A stretch of 64,000 nt of DNA from Patescibacteria group bacterium (GCA_038062015.1 JBBTXZ010000003.1:7857-71856); one strand, 5' to 3'; positions 9,222 to 18,276 are shown, numbered from the stretch's first letter. Notes: generated from the sequence alone by a model not told the origin. Made by a program: numbers and translations.

Positions 9222-10091
9222 TTAGTAATTAGAATTTAGAACAGAACCGATAAAGTCTTTACGGCCATTCAAAAAATCCTTTATTTCCATTGGTTTTTTA
9301 CCTTCAAGTTGAACGGTTTTCAATAACACAGCGCTATGAAAGCCACACTTTATTGCGGTTTGTCTATTTTCAACCAAAAAAACCTGACCATTTTTAAAAT
9401 TACCATTTTTTTTAGAAATCGGCAATACTTCAAGGATTTTCAATATCTTATTATTCCAAGCAGTCCAGGTTCCGGGTTCAGGATTTAAGGCGCGTATTTG
9501 CCTGTCTATTCCATCGGCAGATTTTGACCAGTCAATTTTTCCGTCTTGCCAAGAAAATTTCTTAGTGTAGATCGCTTCTTGATGATTTTGTTCAGTCGGT
9601 TTTACTTCTCCGTTAATCCATTTCGGCAAAATCTCAATTAAAAGCTTAGTTCCTAATTCTGCGAGTTTTTTTTCCAGTTCTTTATATTTTTCATTTTTCA
9701 TTTTTAATTTTTCATTTGCTATTGTCGGCCCGTGGTCAACTTTTTCATCCATTAAAATTATGGTTACGCCGGTTTCTTTTTCGTCGTTTAAAATCGCTGA
9801 TTGTATTGGGGAGGCCCCGCGGTATTTTGGCAGAAGCGAGGGATGGATATTCAGAAAACCATATTTGGGAATTTCCAAGTATTCTTTGGGAATTATTCTC
9901 CCATAAGCGGCGACAACGCAAATATCCGGGTTTAATTTTTTAAAATCTTCAATGCCTTTTTCTAAATCCCAGAGAATAGGGGAGCAGCCTCGTAAAGGGG
10001 CGTGGCCCCCACGAGGCTTTACGCCCCCTTTTTTCAAAGCCTCAAAAACCGGCTTTGAGAAAGATGATGTTCCGAAAAAAAATAATTTCAT
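9222..10091 (-). CDS. fmt: Methionyl-tRNA formyltransferase
   Basis: FFGTSSFS N-terminus. HPSLLPKYRGASPIQSAIL catalytic motif. C-terminal domain present. Confidence 0.8.
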   Translation of the reverse strand: MKLFFFGTSSFSKPVFEALKKGGVKPRGGHAPLRGCSPILWDLEKGIEDFKKLNPDICVVAAYGRIIPKEYLEIPKYGFLNIHPSLLPKYRGASPIQSAILNDEKETGVTIILMDEKVDHGPTIANEKLKMKNEKYKELEKKLAELGTKLLIEILPKWINGEVKPTEQNHQEAIYTKKFSWQDGKIDWSKSADGIDRQIRALNPEPGTWTAWNNKILKILEVLPISKKNGNFKNGQVFLVENRQTAIKCGFHSAVLLKTVQLEGKKPMEIKDFLNGRKDFIGSVLNSNY

Positions 10092-10155
10092 GAATGAATC
10101 GAATACGCCCTCACGGGCTCCTTTTTATATTAAAACTTCATCCCAAATTCCGCCG

Positions 10156-10184
10156 TTGACATAACTCAAAATAAGGCATAATAT
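10156..10184 (+). promoter_or_regulatory. Sigma70-like promoter for the GC-rich small-gene pair
   Basis: TTGACA, 17-nt spacer, TAATAT. GGAGG SD before the ATG at 10211. Confidence 0.5.
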
Positions 10185-10210
10185 AATTTATTCTGTAAAA
10201 GGGGGAGGCA

Positions 10211-10420
10211 ATGAATATTAACAGTCCGGGAGACGCTAATGAAAAGAATCCAGTACATTGTTATGGGTGTGATGAAATTGTAATTGCGGCTAGAGAACAC
10301 CACAAAGAGAAACACTTCAGAACCACACACAAGTGTCCGAAGTGCGGTTATAGAGGAAGTCTCTTGACCATAAACGGAATACCCCAATTGAGGCATCCTG
10401 GCGAGATACCTGGAGCATAG
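10211..10420 (+). CDS. Small zinc-ribbon protein (CxxC...CxxC), GC-rich island
   Basis: HCYGCDE ... CPKCGY. Strong promoter and SD. Confidence 0.5.
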   Translation: MNINSPGDANEKNPVHCYGCDEIVIAAREHHKEKHFRTTHKCPKCGYRGSLLTINGIPQLRHPGEIPGA

Positions 10421-10452
10421 TCGTAAAATTGTTCTTTTAGGAGGAGATAGCC

Positions 10453-10740
10453 ATGACAGAACAGACAGCGAAGCAACGGCGTCCTTTTCACGAATCCATC
10501 GTCGATGCAATCCGTCGTGCCTCATACAGCGATATGAGGTGTCTAGGAAAACTCATCCAGGAGACCAAGATCCCAAAGGGTCACGACGCAATAATCGCCG
10601 CCTGGAATGATCGAAATGAGGAACTGTCTCGCGAGATGCGCGAGGCCGGTGATGTGTATGGCGATCTTTTCGAACAGAAACAGGAAGCTGAAGAAAAGGA
10701 AAGGGCGAAGAAACAGCAGAATGAAGTCGCCACCACATAA
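10453..10740 (+). CDS. Hypothetical small acidic protein, GC-rich island
   Basis: AGGAGG SD 6 nt upstream. Followed by a terminator. Confidence 0.5.
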   Translation: MTEQTAKQRRPFHESIVDAIRRASYSDMRCLGKLIQETKIPKGHDAIIAAWNDRNEELSREMREAGDVYGDLFEQKQEAEEKERAKKQQNEVATT

Positions 10741-10773
10741 CCTAGGGAGCACTTTTCCCGCCAAGCTTCACAA

Positions 10774-10809
10774 GGCGCCCGACCTACTGGTCCGGCGCCT
10801 TTTTCTTTC
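10774..10809 (+). terminator. Rho-independent terminator
   Basis: GGCGCCCGACC-TACT-GGTCCGGCGCC stem followed by TTTTTCTTT. Confidence 0.65.
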
Positions 10810-10862
10810 GGGTTTCGCTGGCGAGTTCTGACGAGGCGAAATCTTCTAATGATTTAGGTTGT

Positions 10863-11065
10863 GCGGGGCATGCCCGTTTTCTGAACTACAAGGGAGCAGG
10901 AACAAATAACCGAAAGAGGGTGAATAATTTGCCGGTTACAACATAGGGTAGGGGATTCCCTATTTGTCGGCAAATTTTAATGAGGTCAATTTCTTAATTG
11001 CGAATGGTACTCTCTGAGGGTTATTTGTCTGCGACGCTTGAGAGAAGAAAACGGGCATGCCCCGC
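10863..11065 (-). repeat. Structured intergenic element, copy 2 (ends 2 nt before the def stop codon)
   Basis: Closing stem GCGGGGCATGCCCGTTTTCT / AGAAAACGGGCATGCCCCGC. Shared motifs TTTCTGAAC, AATTTGCCG...CGGCAAATT (covarying with copy 1 AATTGCCG/CGGCAATT), CTTGAGAGAAGAAA. Extended left homology TGACGAG...AATCTTCTAATGA from 10829. Confidence 0.75.
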
Positions 11066-11066
11066 G

Positions 11067-11774
11067 CTATTTATCCGTAATCATAACCCCTTGCAGATGG
11101 TCGTATTCGTGCTGCAAGACCCGGGCCAGCATGCCTTTGGCGATAAACTTGTATTTCTTTTCGTTCTCATCCACTGATTTAACCTTCACCTTTTTCGGCC
11201 TTTTGATTTTCAACCATGTCTCCGGAATGCTCAAACAACCCTCTTCAAGCTCTTCAGAATCTTTTGAGTATGGCTTTACTTCCGAATTTATGTAGACGCT
11301 CGGCGCGTTGTGTTCCTTAGCCAATTCTTCATCAATCACAAAAAGGGCCATATCCAAACCGACCTGGTTCGCCGCTAAACCAATGCCATTGGCTTCTTTC
11401 ATCGTTTTTTTCATCTTTAAAATAACCTTTTTCAGTGAAGGCGTTATTAAACCAATTATTTTTAGTTTTTGGGACAGAATTTCAGCCGGTTTTTTGACAA
11501 TTTCCATCTTATTTGTCGATTCGTAAACGAAAAGTTTCCCCGGGGTTTTTACATTTTTGGACTGTTTTATTTTTGAAAATATCCGGTAGGCCGGTCTAAG
11601 CCCTATATTTTTAATTATCCCCAGATACATCGCGAATTTTTTGGATTCCCCGGCGTATTCTGATATTTCTTTGGCCAAGGCGTGGATCGGACCATGAATC
11701 CCGCGCTCCGGCTTTTTCTTCTTTATTTTAGCGAATTCTTTTCCGATTTTAGTCAAACCGGCCGATATTCTCAT
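11067..11774 (-). CDS. def: Peptide deformylase, with an ~89-aa N-terminal extension or a mis-set start (internal Met at 11507)
   Basis: GIGLAANQ, EGCLS and QHEYDHLQG, the three PDF motifs. Confidence 0.8.
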   Translation of the reverse strand: MRISAGLTKIGKEFAKIKKKKPERGIHGPIHALAKEISEYAGESKKFAMYLGIIKNIGLRPAYRIFSKIKQSKNVKTPGKLFVYESTNKMEIVKKPAEILSQKLKIIGLITPSLKKVILKMKKTMKEANGIGLAANQVGLDMALFVIDEELAKEHNAPSVYINSEVKPYSKDSEELEEGCLSIPETWLKIKRPKKVKVKSVDENEKKYKFIAKGMLARVLQHEYDHLQGVMITDK

Positions 11775-11803
11775 TACCTCAAAAATAGTATATTATATTA
11801 ATT

Positions 11804-13249
11804 ATGTCTAACCAAATTCGAGTCAGAATCGCCCCAAGCCCTACCGGGCCACTTCATATAGGCACCGCGCGCACGGCGCTTTTTAATTGGCTTTTTGCCC
11901 GAAAAAACAAAGGGGATTTCATCTTAAGAATTGAAGATACTGATTTGGAACGCTCTGACCCGAAATTTGAGGAAGAAATCAAGGACTCTCTGGATTGGTT
12001 AAACCTGGAATGGGACGAATTTTACAAGCAAAGCGAGCGAATCGGGGTTTATAAAAAATACCTGCAAAAACTTCTGGATGAAGGTAAAGCATTCTGGTGT
12101 TATCACACGATTGAAGAATTAGAACAAGAAAAAAAAGAACAGACAAAACGAAAAGAAGCGCCGCGCCATATTTGTCAGCATAAGTATATGAAACATGAAA
12201 CAAAGAACATGAAACAGGGGATTATTAGATTAGCGGTTGATGAAAATTCAACTAGAATAATTCACTTTAACGACATAATCCGCGGAACGATTGAGTGGCA
12301 AGAACGTTTGATAGGGGATTTGAGCTTAGCTAAAAACTTAGAAACGCCTTTATATAATTTTGCTGCCGTGGTTGACGACTATGAAACAAAAATTTCGCAT
12401 GTAATAAGAGGAGAAGACCATATTTCAAACACGCCGAAACAGATATTAATTCAGGAAGCGCTTGGATTCAATTCTTTCCAATACGTTCATCTGCCTTTAA
12501 TTTTAGGATCGGACAGAACTAAACTTTCAAAAAGACACGGGGCAGAATCGATTCAAGAGTATATGGATATGGGCTATTTGCCAGAAGCAATGATTAACTT
12601 TATGGCTTTGCTTGGATGGCATCAGCCAGAAGATATAAAGAGAAAAGGAGAAAAACCTGAAGATATTTTTACCATAGATGAACTGGCTGCCGTATTTAAT
12701 TTAGAAGACGTCCAAAAGTCGCCGGCTGTTTTTGACATAAAAAAACTGAACTGGATGAACAGTTATTATATTCATCAATTGCCGCCGGAACAATTCAGAG
12801 CGGCGGTAGAGCCATTTATAATTAAAGAACTTGGCGTGAATGGCGTAAGAGACGAGTATTTGGATAAAATCCAGCACCTTATGGCCGAGCGCATGGAAAA
12901 ATTATCCGACGTAAAAAATTTTGATTATTTTTTCAAAGAACCGGAATACAATAGGGGATTACTAATTTGGAAAACATTTACTAACGAAGAAATCAAGAGA
13001 TCGCTCACTTTAACAAAAGAAGCGCTTGAACCGGTTGATTGGGGAATTTTTGACAAAGATTATATTAGAAAAAAAATAGATAATCTGGCTAAGGAAAATT
13101 TTGACGGCGATAGGGGAGCGGTCTACTGGCCTTTAAGGGTGGCCTTGACGGGCAAAGAAGCATCACCTGACCCGATTGATATACTGGCAGTTTTACCGAA
13201 AGAAACAGTCATTAAAAGACTTGAAAATGCTATTAAGCTTACACCATGA
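11804..13249 (+). CDS. gltX: Glutamyl-tRNA synthetase
   Basis: RIAPSPTGPLHIGTARTAL (HIGH motif) and KLSKRHG (KMSKS motif). Confidence 0.9.
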   Translation: MSNQIRVRIAPSPTGPLHIGTARTALFNWLFARKNKGDFILRIEDTDLERSDPKFEEEIKDSLDWLNLEWDEFYKQSERIGVYKKYLQKLLDEGKAFWCYHTIEELEQEKKEQTKRKEAPRHICQHKYMKHETKNMKQGIIRLAVDENSTRIIHFNDIIRGTIEWQERLIGDLSLAKNLETPLYNFAAVVDDYETKISHVIRGEDHISNTPKQILIQEALGFNSFQYVHLPLILGSDRTKLSKRHGAESIQEYMDMGYLPEAMINFMALLGWHQPEDIKRKGEKPEDIFTIDELAAVFNLEDVQKSPAVFDIKKLNWMNSYYIHQLPPEQFRAAVEPFIIKELGVNGVRDEYLDKIQHLMAERMEKLSDVKNFDYFFKEPEYNRGLLIWKTFTNEEIKRSLTLTKEALEPVDWGIFDKDYIRKKIDNLAKENFDGDRGAVYWPLRVALTGKEASPDPIDILAVLPKETVIKRLENAIKLTP

Positions 13250-13336
13250 ATTCTTTAGTTTTATTAGTCCTAAAACCGGCCAGATTTATTTTAATTATTG
13301 GCAAAGAAGCTTAAATCCGTTTGATTATATGTAATT

Positions 13337-14599
13337 ATGACGAACATACTTATTTTGGGAGGAGGTTTTGGAGGAATCAGCGCCGCTTTGAAACTGGAAA
13401 GAGAATTAAAAAATAATTCCGATTTCAAAATTACCTTAATAGACCGCAATAATTTCCATTTATTCACTCCTTCTCTTTACGAAGTCGCTACTGTCTACGG
13501 CCTTATTCAAGATAATTTCGCCCAATATTTGAGAGGTTCGGTGGCTATTCCGATCAACGAAATACTGAAAGGTAAGAAAGTAAATTTCGTCCAAGCGGAA
13601 ATAAAAGAAATAAACCTTAAAGAAAAATTTGTTGCCTCTGGCGGCGGGGCAAAATTAGATTTTGATTATCTGATTATCGCTCTTGGCGGCGAAACAGAGT
13701 TTTATGGCATTCCCGGCGTTCAGGAATATGCTTTTAACTTTAAGTCAATTGATAATGCGATAGGGATTTTCAAAAAAATCCAAGAAATTTATAAAAAATA
13801 TCAAAAAGAGAAAGATGAAAAAGATTTAAGAATCGCAATAATCGGCGGTGGTTTCACTGGGGTAGAATTTGCTGCCGAATTGGGTTGTTGTGTGGGTAAT
13901 ATCATAAAAGATTATAAATTGAGTAAAACATGCACCATAATTTCCTTATTTGAGGCCGGGCCAGTAATTTTATCGGCCATAAATGAAAAATCAAGAAAAG
14001 CTATTGAGAAAAGATTGAAAAATGAGATGGTAAAAATTCAGATAAATTCACCAGTGGCCAAAGTCGGTCCTGATTACATTAAAATCGGAGATGGCGGAGA
14101 AGCATTGAATTTTGATTTAGTTGTCTGGGCAGGCGGAGTCCGCGGCTCAAGATTTTTAGAGAATTTAGGATTAAAGCTGACCAAAAAAGGAACAATTGAA
14201 ATTAATGATTTTCTGCAGACAAAAAATCATGATGATTCTTTAAATGAAAAAATTTTTGCAATAGGGGATAGCGCAACTTTTATTGATCCAAAAACCGGAA
14301 AATCGGTCCCGGCAATGGCTTATGTCGCTTATGACCAGGGTGCGATTGCCGCCGAAAACATAATAAAAGACATTAATAAACAAAAATTAACCCCTTATAA
14401 ACCGTTTTATGATGTCTGGATAGCGCCGGCCGGGGGCAAATGGGCCTACTTTTACTATAAAGGCATCGGCATTGCCGGATTCACGGGTTATTTACTAAAA
14501 CAACTGGTTGATTTTAAATACTTTCTAAGAATTCTGCCGTTAAATAAAGCCCTGGCCCTTTTCTTTAAAGATTTGGTGATTTTTACGAGGAATGATTAA
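13337..14599 (+). CDS. ndh: Type II NADH:quinone oxidoreductase (NDH-2) / FAD-dependent pyridine nucleotide-disulfide oxidoreductase
   Basis: ILILGGGFGG Rossmann motif. Second dinucleotide-binding motif IIGGGFTGVEFAAEL. Confidence 0.7.
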   Translation: MTNILILGGGFGGISAALKLERELKNNSDFKITLIDRNNFHLFTPSLYEVATVYGLIQDNFAQYLRGSVAIPINEILKGKKVNFVQAEIKEINLKEKFVASGGGAKLDFDYLIIALGGETEFYGIPGVQEYAFNFKSIDNAIGIFKKIQEIYKKYQKEKDEKDLRIAIIGGGFTGVEFAAELGCCVGNIIKDYKLSKTCTIISLFEAGPVILSAINEKSRKAIEKRLKNEMVKIQINSPVAKVGPDYIKIGDGGEALNFDLVVWAGGVRGSRFLENLGLKLTKKGTIEINDFLQTKNHDDSLNEKIFAIGDSATFIDPKTGKSVPAMAYVAYDQGAIAAENIIKDINKQKLTPYKPFYDVWIAPAGGKWAYFYYKGIGIAGFTGYLLKQLVDFKYFLRILPLNKALALFFKDLVIFTRND

Positions 14600-15547
14600 T
14601 TATCCGTTTTTAATTCCGTGAAACTTACGATGGATCTCTCGAAGTCGCGGTTTGGTAATATGAGTATATATCTGAGTAGTGACTATACTTTTATGGCCCA
14701 AAAATTCTTGGACAGTTCTTAAATCAACTCCTTTCATTAATAAATCCGTTGCAAAACTGTGACGCAGTGTATGAACTGTAGTGATTATCGGCAGGCCGGC
14801 TAAAATCGCGCATCCCTTGACCGTTCTTTCAATGCTTTTAATGCTCAGCTGGCTGCCCGGAGATTTACCCCTATAGTTTATAAATAAGGCCTTATTATTG
14901 TCTTTTCTTGTTTCAAGGTACTTTCTTAGCCAATTAATTGCCCTTTCCGATAAATAAACCGTTCGTGGCCGGTTGCCTTTGCCGATAATTGATATCTCTA
15001 AATCTTCAGTCGTGTTTTTAATTTTTATTTGCTCGCGATTCAAACTTGCTAATTCAGCGACTCTTAAACCGGTGGAGAAGAGGATTTCCAATATAGACCT
15101 GTCTCTTAATCCAATGACTCTGGAGGTGTCCGGAACGCTGAATAGTTTTTCAAGCTGTTCTAAGTTTAAAAAATGTAGAATTTTTTCTCCTTTTTCTTTT
15201 GGCAGTTTTATTTTTTCGGGGGGCAGAGAAGTGATGTCTTTTTCAGCGAAATAGGTCAGTAAAGATCTTAAAGCGATTAGATAGTAGTTCTGAGTCGTTT
15301 TTTTCAAAGGCCTGCCGTCTCTGGATATGTGATGCCGTGAAAGGTAAAGCTTATATTGCCAAATATGATCAGGGGAGAGATCAGCTGGTTTTACATTATC
15401 TAATTTATTTTTTTTAAGCCAATTTAAAAAAATTTTTAAAAATCTGGCATAGTTCTCCTGTGATTTGCTGGATAATCCTTTTTCTATTTCAAGCCAGTCC
15501 AAAAAATCTGTTAGGTGCTGGGGGAGTGGTTTTTGATTTATATTCAT
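14600..15547 (-). CDS. xerC: Tyrosine recombinase XerC/XerD family
   Basis: C-terminal HTLRHSFATDLLMKGVDLRTVQEFLGHKSIVTTQIYTH with the catalytic R..H..R..Y. Confidence 0.85.
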   Translation of the reverse strand: MNINQKPLPQHLTDFLDWLEIEKGLSSKSQENYARFLKIFLNWLKKNKLDNVKPADLSPDHIWQYKLYLSRHHISRDGRPLKKTTQNYYLIALRSLLTYFAEKDITSLPPEKIKLPKEKGEKILHFLNLEQLEKLFSVPDTSRVIGLRDRSILEILFSTGLRVAELASLNREQIKIKNTTEDLEISIIGKGNRPRTVYLSERAINWLRKYLETRKDNNKALFINYRGKSPGSQLSIKSIERTVKGCAILAGLPIITTVHTLRHSFATDLLMKGVDLRTVQEFLGHKSIVTTQIYTHITKPRLREIHRKFHGIKNG

Positions 15548-15713
15548 GAAATATTTATATCCAAGGTGTATTAATCTACATTATGCGACATTGCATTAAA
15601 TATAGTTCTACTGGTTTTTTAGGTCAATCCTCTCTTATCAACATTGGGATTTTAGGGATTTTAATTTAATTATAAACAATGCTAAATTATTTTTTTAATG
15701 GTAGACTTAAATA

Positions 15714-16466
15714 ATGTTTTACGCTGACCTGAATCATTTCAAGGGCAAGACCGGGTACGAGATAGATGGCATCTGGTATCCCCGAGTTACCTCTATCGTT
15801 TCTATTAAAGCTAAACCGGCCCTTTATAAGTTTTATGCTGATCAGGGCAGTTTTTCGATGGCTGAATCAATTAAATCAAAGTCGGCTGATGAAGGGACTC
15901 TTATCCACGAAACGGTAGAAGCGATACTCGCCGGAAAAACCACAGCTATCCCCCATTCTATCATGCCGGCCATCAGCGCCTTTTTAGAATTTAAGAAAAA
16001 AAATGAAATTATCCCGATGAAAATAGAAGAGCGGGTCGTTTCAAAAAATCACTGGTATGCCGGAACAGTTGATGTTATCGGCAAATTAAACGGTCAGCTC
16101 GGAGTTCTGGATATTAAAACTTCTTATTCCATTTACCGCGACTATGGCCTTCAGACCGCCGCCTATGCGGAAGCAATTAAAGAAAATAATATTTTCCCCA
16201 CGACCAGATGGGTTTTAAGGATTGATCAGGCAAAGATATGCACTAAATGCGGGGCTAAAATGCGCGAAAAAGGCGGCAACGTAAAAGTGAGGGGCGGGGT
16301 TTCGGAATGCCAGCATTCTTTCGGCCCAGTTACCGGCGAAATTGAATTGAAAGAACTGGATAATTTTGAAAATGACATAAAAGCTTTTTTGGCTTGTAAC
16401 AGCTTATGGGTCTGGGAGCACGAGCATTGGATTAAAAGGATTCGAAACGGCCTCTCCCCCTATTAA
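15714..16466 (+). CDS. PD-(D/E)xK (RecB/Cas4-like) nuclease with a C-terminal Cys4 cluster
   Basis: Motifs GTLIHE, GTVDVIGK, LDIKTS and QTAAYAEA (QxxxY). CTKCG...ECQH...C cysteines. Confidence 0.55.
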   Translation: MFYADLNHFKGKTGYEIDGIWYPRVTSIVSIKAKPALYKFYADQGSFSMAESIKSKSADEGTLIHETVEAILAGKTTAIPHSIMPAISAFLEFKKKNEIIPMKIEERVVSKNHWYAGTVDVIGKLNGQLGVLDIKTSYSIYRDYGLQTAAYAEAIKENNIFPTTRWVLRIDQAKICTKCGAKMREKGGNVKVRGGVSECQHSFGPVTGEIELKELDNFENDIKAFLACNSLWVWEHEHWIKRIRNGLSPY

Positions 16467-16939
16467 AGGCAGTTCCCGGCCAAAGAGTAGCCGGCCGAAA
16501 TCGCTTCTTTTTCGGAATTAAAAAATAATTTATTTTCTTCTTTTATCTGTTTAGCGCCGGGGCACCACAAAAAGTGGTATTTTCCAGAAGTTGATTTTTT
16601 AGACGCTACAACTCGAAAATCTACTCTTTCCACTGCCCTATTTTCTATATTATTCGCATCCCCTTCATTTGTATTAATTCGTATATTAGCATTGGGTTGG
16701 AAAATTTCCTGAATGCTTGCTTTTTCTATTTTTATCGGCTGGCTGACGGTTTTTGAAATCCGGCCCAGCTGAAAACTTAAAAGAGTGATTAAAACGATTA
16801 AGAATATAAGGAAGAGGTTTTTCTTGATTGTTTGAAAAAATTCTGTTAACATAAGAAAAAAAGGTGGGCTCCCGCCTTCGCTAAAGCTTGCGCCACCGCT
16901 GAAGCCAGCTATGGCGGCACGCGGTCGGCGGATGCTCAT
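16463..16939 (-). CDS. Hypothetical membrane-anchored protein. The true start is probably the internal Met (about 16852).
   Basis: TM helix FLIFLIVLITLLSF. C-terminal Cys/His motif GKYHFLWCP...AGYSLAGNC. Confidence 0.4.
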   Translation of the reverse strand: MSIRRPRAAIAGFSGGASFSEGGSPPFFLMLTEFFQTIKKNLFLIFLIVLITLLSFQLGRISKTVSQPIKIEKASIQEIFQPNANIRINTNEGDANNIENRAVERVDFRVVASKKSTSGKYHFLWCPGAKQIKEENKLFFNSEKEAISAGYSLAGNCL

Positions 16940-16972
16940 AATTGCAGCTATTCGCTGCGCTCATAGACAATT

Positions 16973-17245
16973 ATGGCACATACAAAACAAAAAGGTTCGT
17001 CTAAAAATAACCGGGAGTCAGAATCAAAACGCCTTGGCGTTAAGCTTTTTGGCGGTCAGGTTGCGCGACCGGGCAATGTAATAATCAGGCAGAGAGGCAC
17101 TAAATATGTACCTGGTCTTGGGGCGAGATTAGGCGGCGATGATACTATTTATGCTATAAAAGAAGGAAAAATATTTTTTAAAACCAAAAAAGTTTCAAAG
17201 TTCGACCGTTCAAAAAGAATCGTTAATATCGTTAATGTAATTTAG
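16973..17245 (+). CDS. rpmA: 50S ribosomal protein L27
   Basis: MAHTKQKGSSKN...RLGVK.FGG......I.RQRGTK L27 consensus. Confidence 0.9.
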   Translation: MAHTKQKGSSKNNRESESKRLGVKLFGGQVARPGNVIIRQRGTKYVPGLGARLGGDDTIYAIKEGKIFFKTKKVSKFDRSKRIVNIVNVI

Positions 17246-17250
17246 CTTCT

Positions 17251-17694
17251 TTAAATTCCAATTACTTCTACTTCAAATTTAGTCTCAATATCATAATATT
17301 TAAATAAGGCCTGATGAACGCCAGCTTTTTTTATCTGATTAAAAGTAATTTCAATATAATCAGGATTAATTTCAATCCCCCGCTCCCTTAATGACTCCCC
17401 TATTTTTTTAGATGTAACTGCGGCGTATAAATTACCTTTTTCATCGGCCCTCGTTTCGATAAGTAATCGAAAATCTTTTAGTTTTCCAGTAACTTCTTTC
17501 ATCTTTTCGATTTCCCGCTGAACCTCTAAATTTTTTAATTTCTTCAACTCGTCGATCTTTTTTAAATTTTCCGCGGTGGCTAAAATCGCCAATTTTTTTG
17601 GCACCAAAAAATTCCTGGCATATCCGTGTTTAACCTCAAGGGTCTCCCCTATCTGCCCAAGGCCTTTGATGTTTTCGGTTAAGATTATTTTCAT
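17251..17694 (-). CDS. rplI: 50S ribosomal protein L9
   Basis: MKIILTENIKGLGQIGETLEVKHGYARNFLVPKKLA L9 N-domain. Confidence 0.9.
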   Translation of the reverse strand: MKIILTENIKGLGQIGETLEVKHGYARNFLVPKKLAILATAENLKKIDELKKLKNLEVQREIEKMKEVTGKLKDFRLLIETRADEKGNLYAAVTSKKIGESLRERGIEINPDYIEITFNQIKKAGVHQALFKYYDIETKFEVEVIGI

Positions 17695-17792
17695 AACTAC
17701 TACGAAATTACGAATCAGTACGAATATACGAATTTGATTTTAACTATTTACTATGATACAACAATTCTAGACCTTTTCAAGGATGGTGATTA

Positions 17793-18026
17793 ATGGCTGA
17801 CCTCAAGTTTCCAAATTTAGACAAAACAAAAAAAACCACGCTGTATATTCAGGCCAATATCGACCTAAATATTGAAATAATAGCCAACTTTGGGAGAAGG
17901 CCAAAAAAAGATATCATAGAGGAGGCTCTGATTTGGTATCTGAAGGAAAAAATAGGTATTCCTGATCCAACTCAACCGCCAACTCTTTCTTGGGCACCAA
18001 AATCTCCACAAGCCATCAAAGCGTAA
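17793..18026 (+). CDS. Small hypothetical protein (possible ribbon-helix-helix fold)
   Basis: 77-aa ORF converging on the structured element. Weak RHH-like pattern only. Confidence 0.3.
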   Translation: MADLKFPNLDKTKKTTLYIQANIDLNIEIIANFGRRPKKDIIEEALIWYLKEKIGIPDPTQPPTLSWAPKSPQAIKA

Positions 18027-18100
18027 GCAATGGTGGCTTCGTTGTTTTTAGCGAACTATAGCCCGTTTGGCGATGCCATATATTAAAAATTTGTAAAAAG

Positions 18101-18273
18101 CGCGAGGCATATGTCTCTCGGGAAGTTCTGGAGACCGAGTAGCAAGGTAAGTCAAGATTGTTTGAACCCCGAGCTTGTCGAGGGGAAGTCTTGACTTTAC
18201 GAGGTCGTAAGTACAGCGAGCAAAACTCGCTGGGTTTTGCGAGCGGTTCCCGAAGACATATGCCGAGAGCAGC
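18101..18273 (-). repeat. Structured inverted-repeat element, copy 4 (diverged). Ends 3 nt before the ctpA stop codon.
   Basis: Outer stem GAGGCATATGTCTCTCGGGAA / TTCCCGAAGACATATGCCGAG. Nested 9-bp hairpin AAGTCAAGA/TCTTGACTT. Shares the 5' motif GCTCTCGGCAyAkTC with copy 5 after the stop codon. Confidence 0.55.
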
Positions 18274-18276
18274 TTT

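Noticed and set aside
9975-10030. GC-rich nested hairpin (GCCTCGT...GGGGC-GTG-GCCCC...ACGAGGC) inside fmt, looked like an inserted element
   Set aside because: It encodes KPRGGHAPLRGCSP, the native Pro/Gly/Arg-rich loop of Fmt (compare RPAGRGQKLMPSPV in E. coli). This is codon composition, not an insertion.
10166-10831. Antisense and overlapping small ORFs (10166-10525, 10543-10764, 10553-10738, 10607-10831)
   Set aside because: They overlap the promoter- and SD-supported + strand genes 10211-10420 and 10453-10740. No independent signals.
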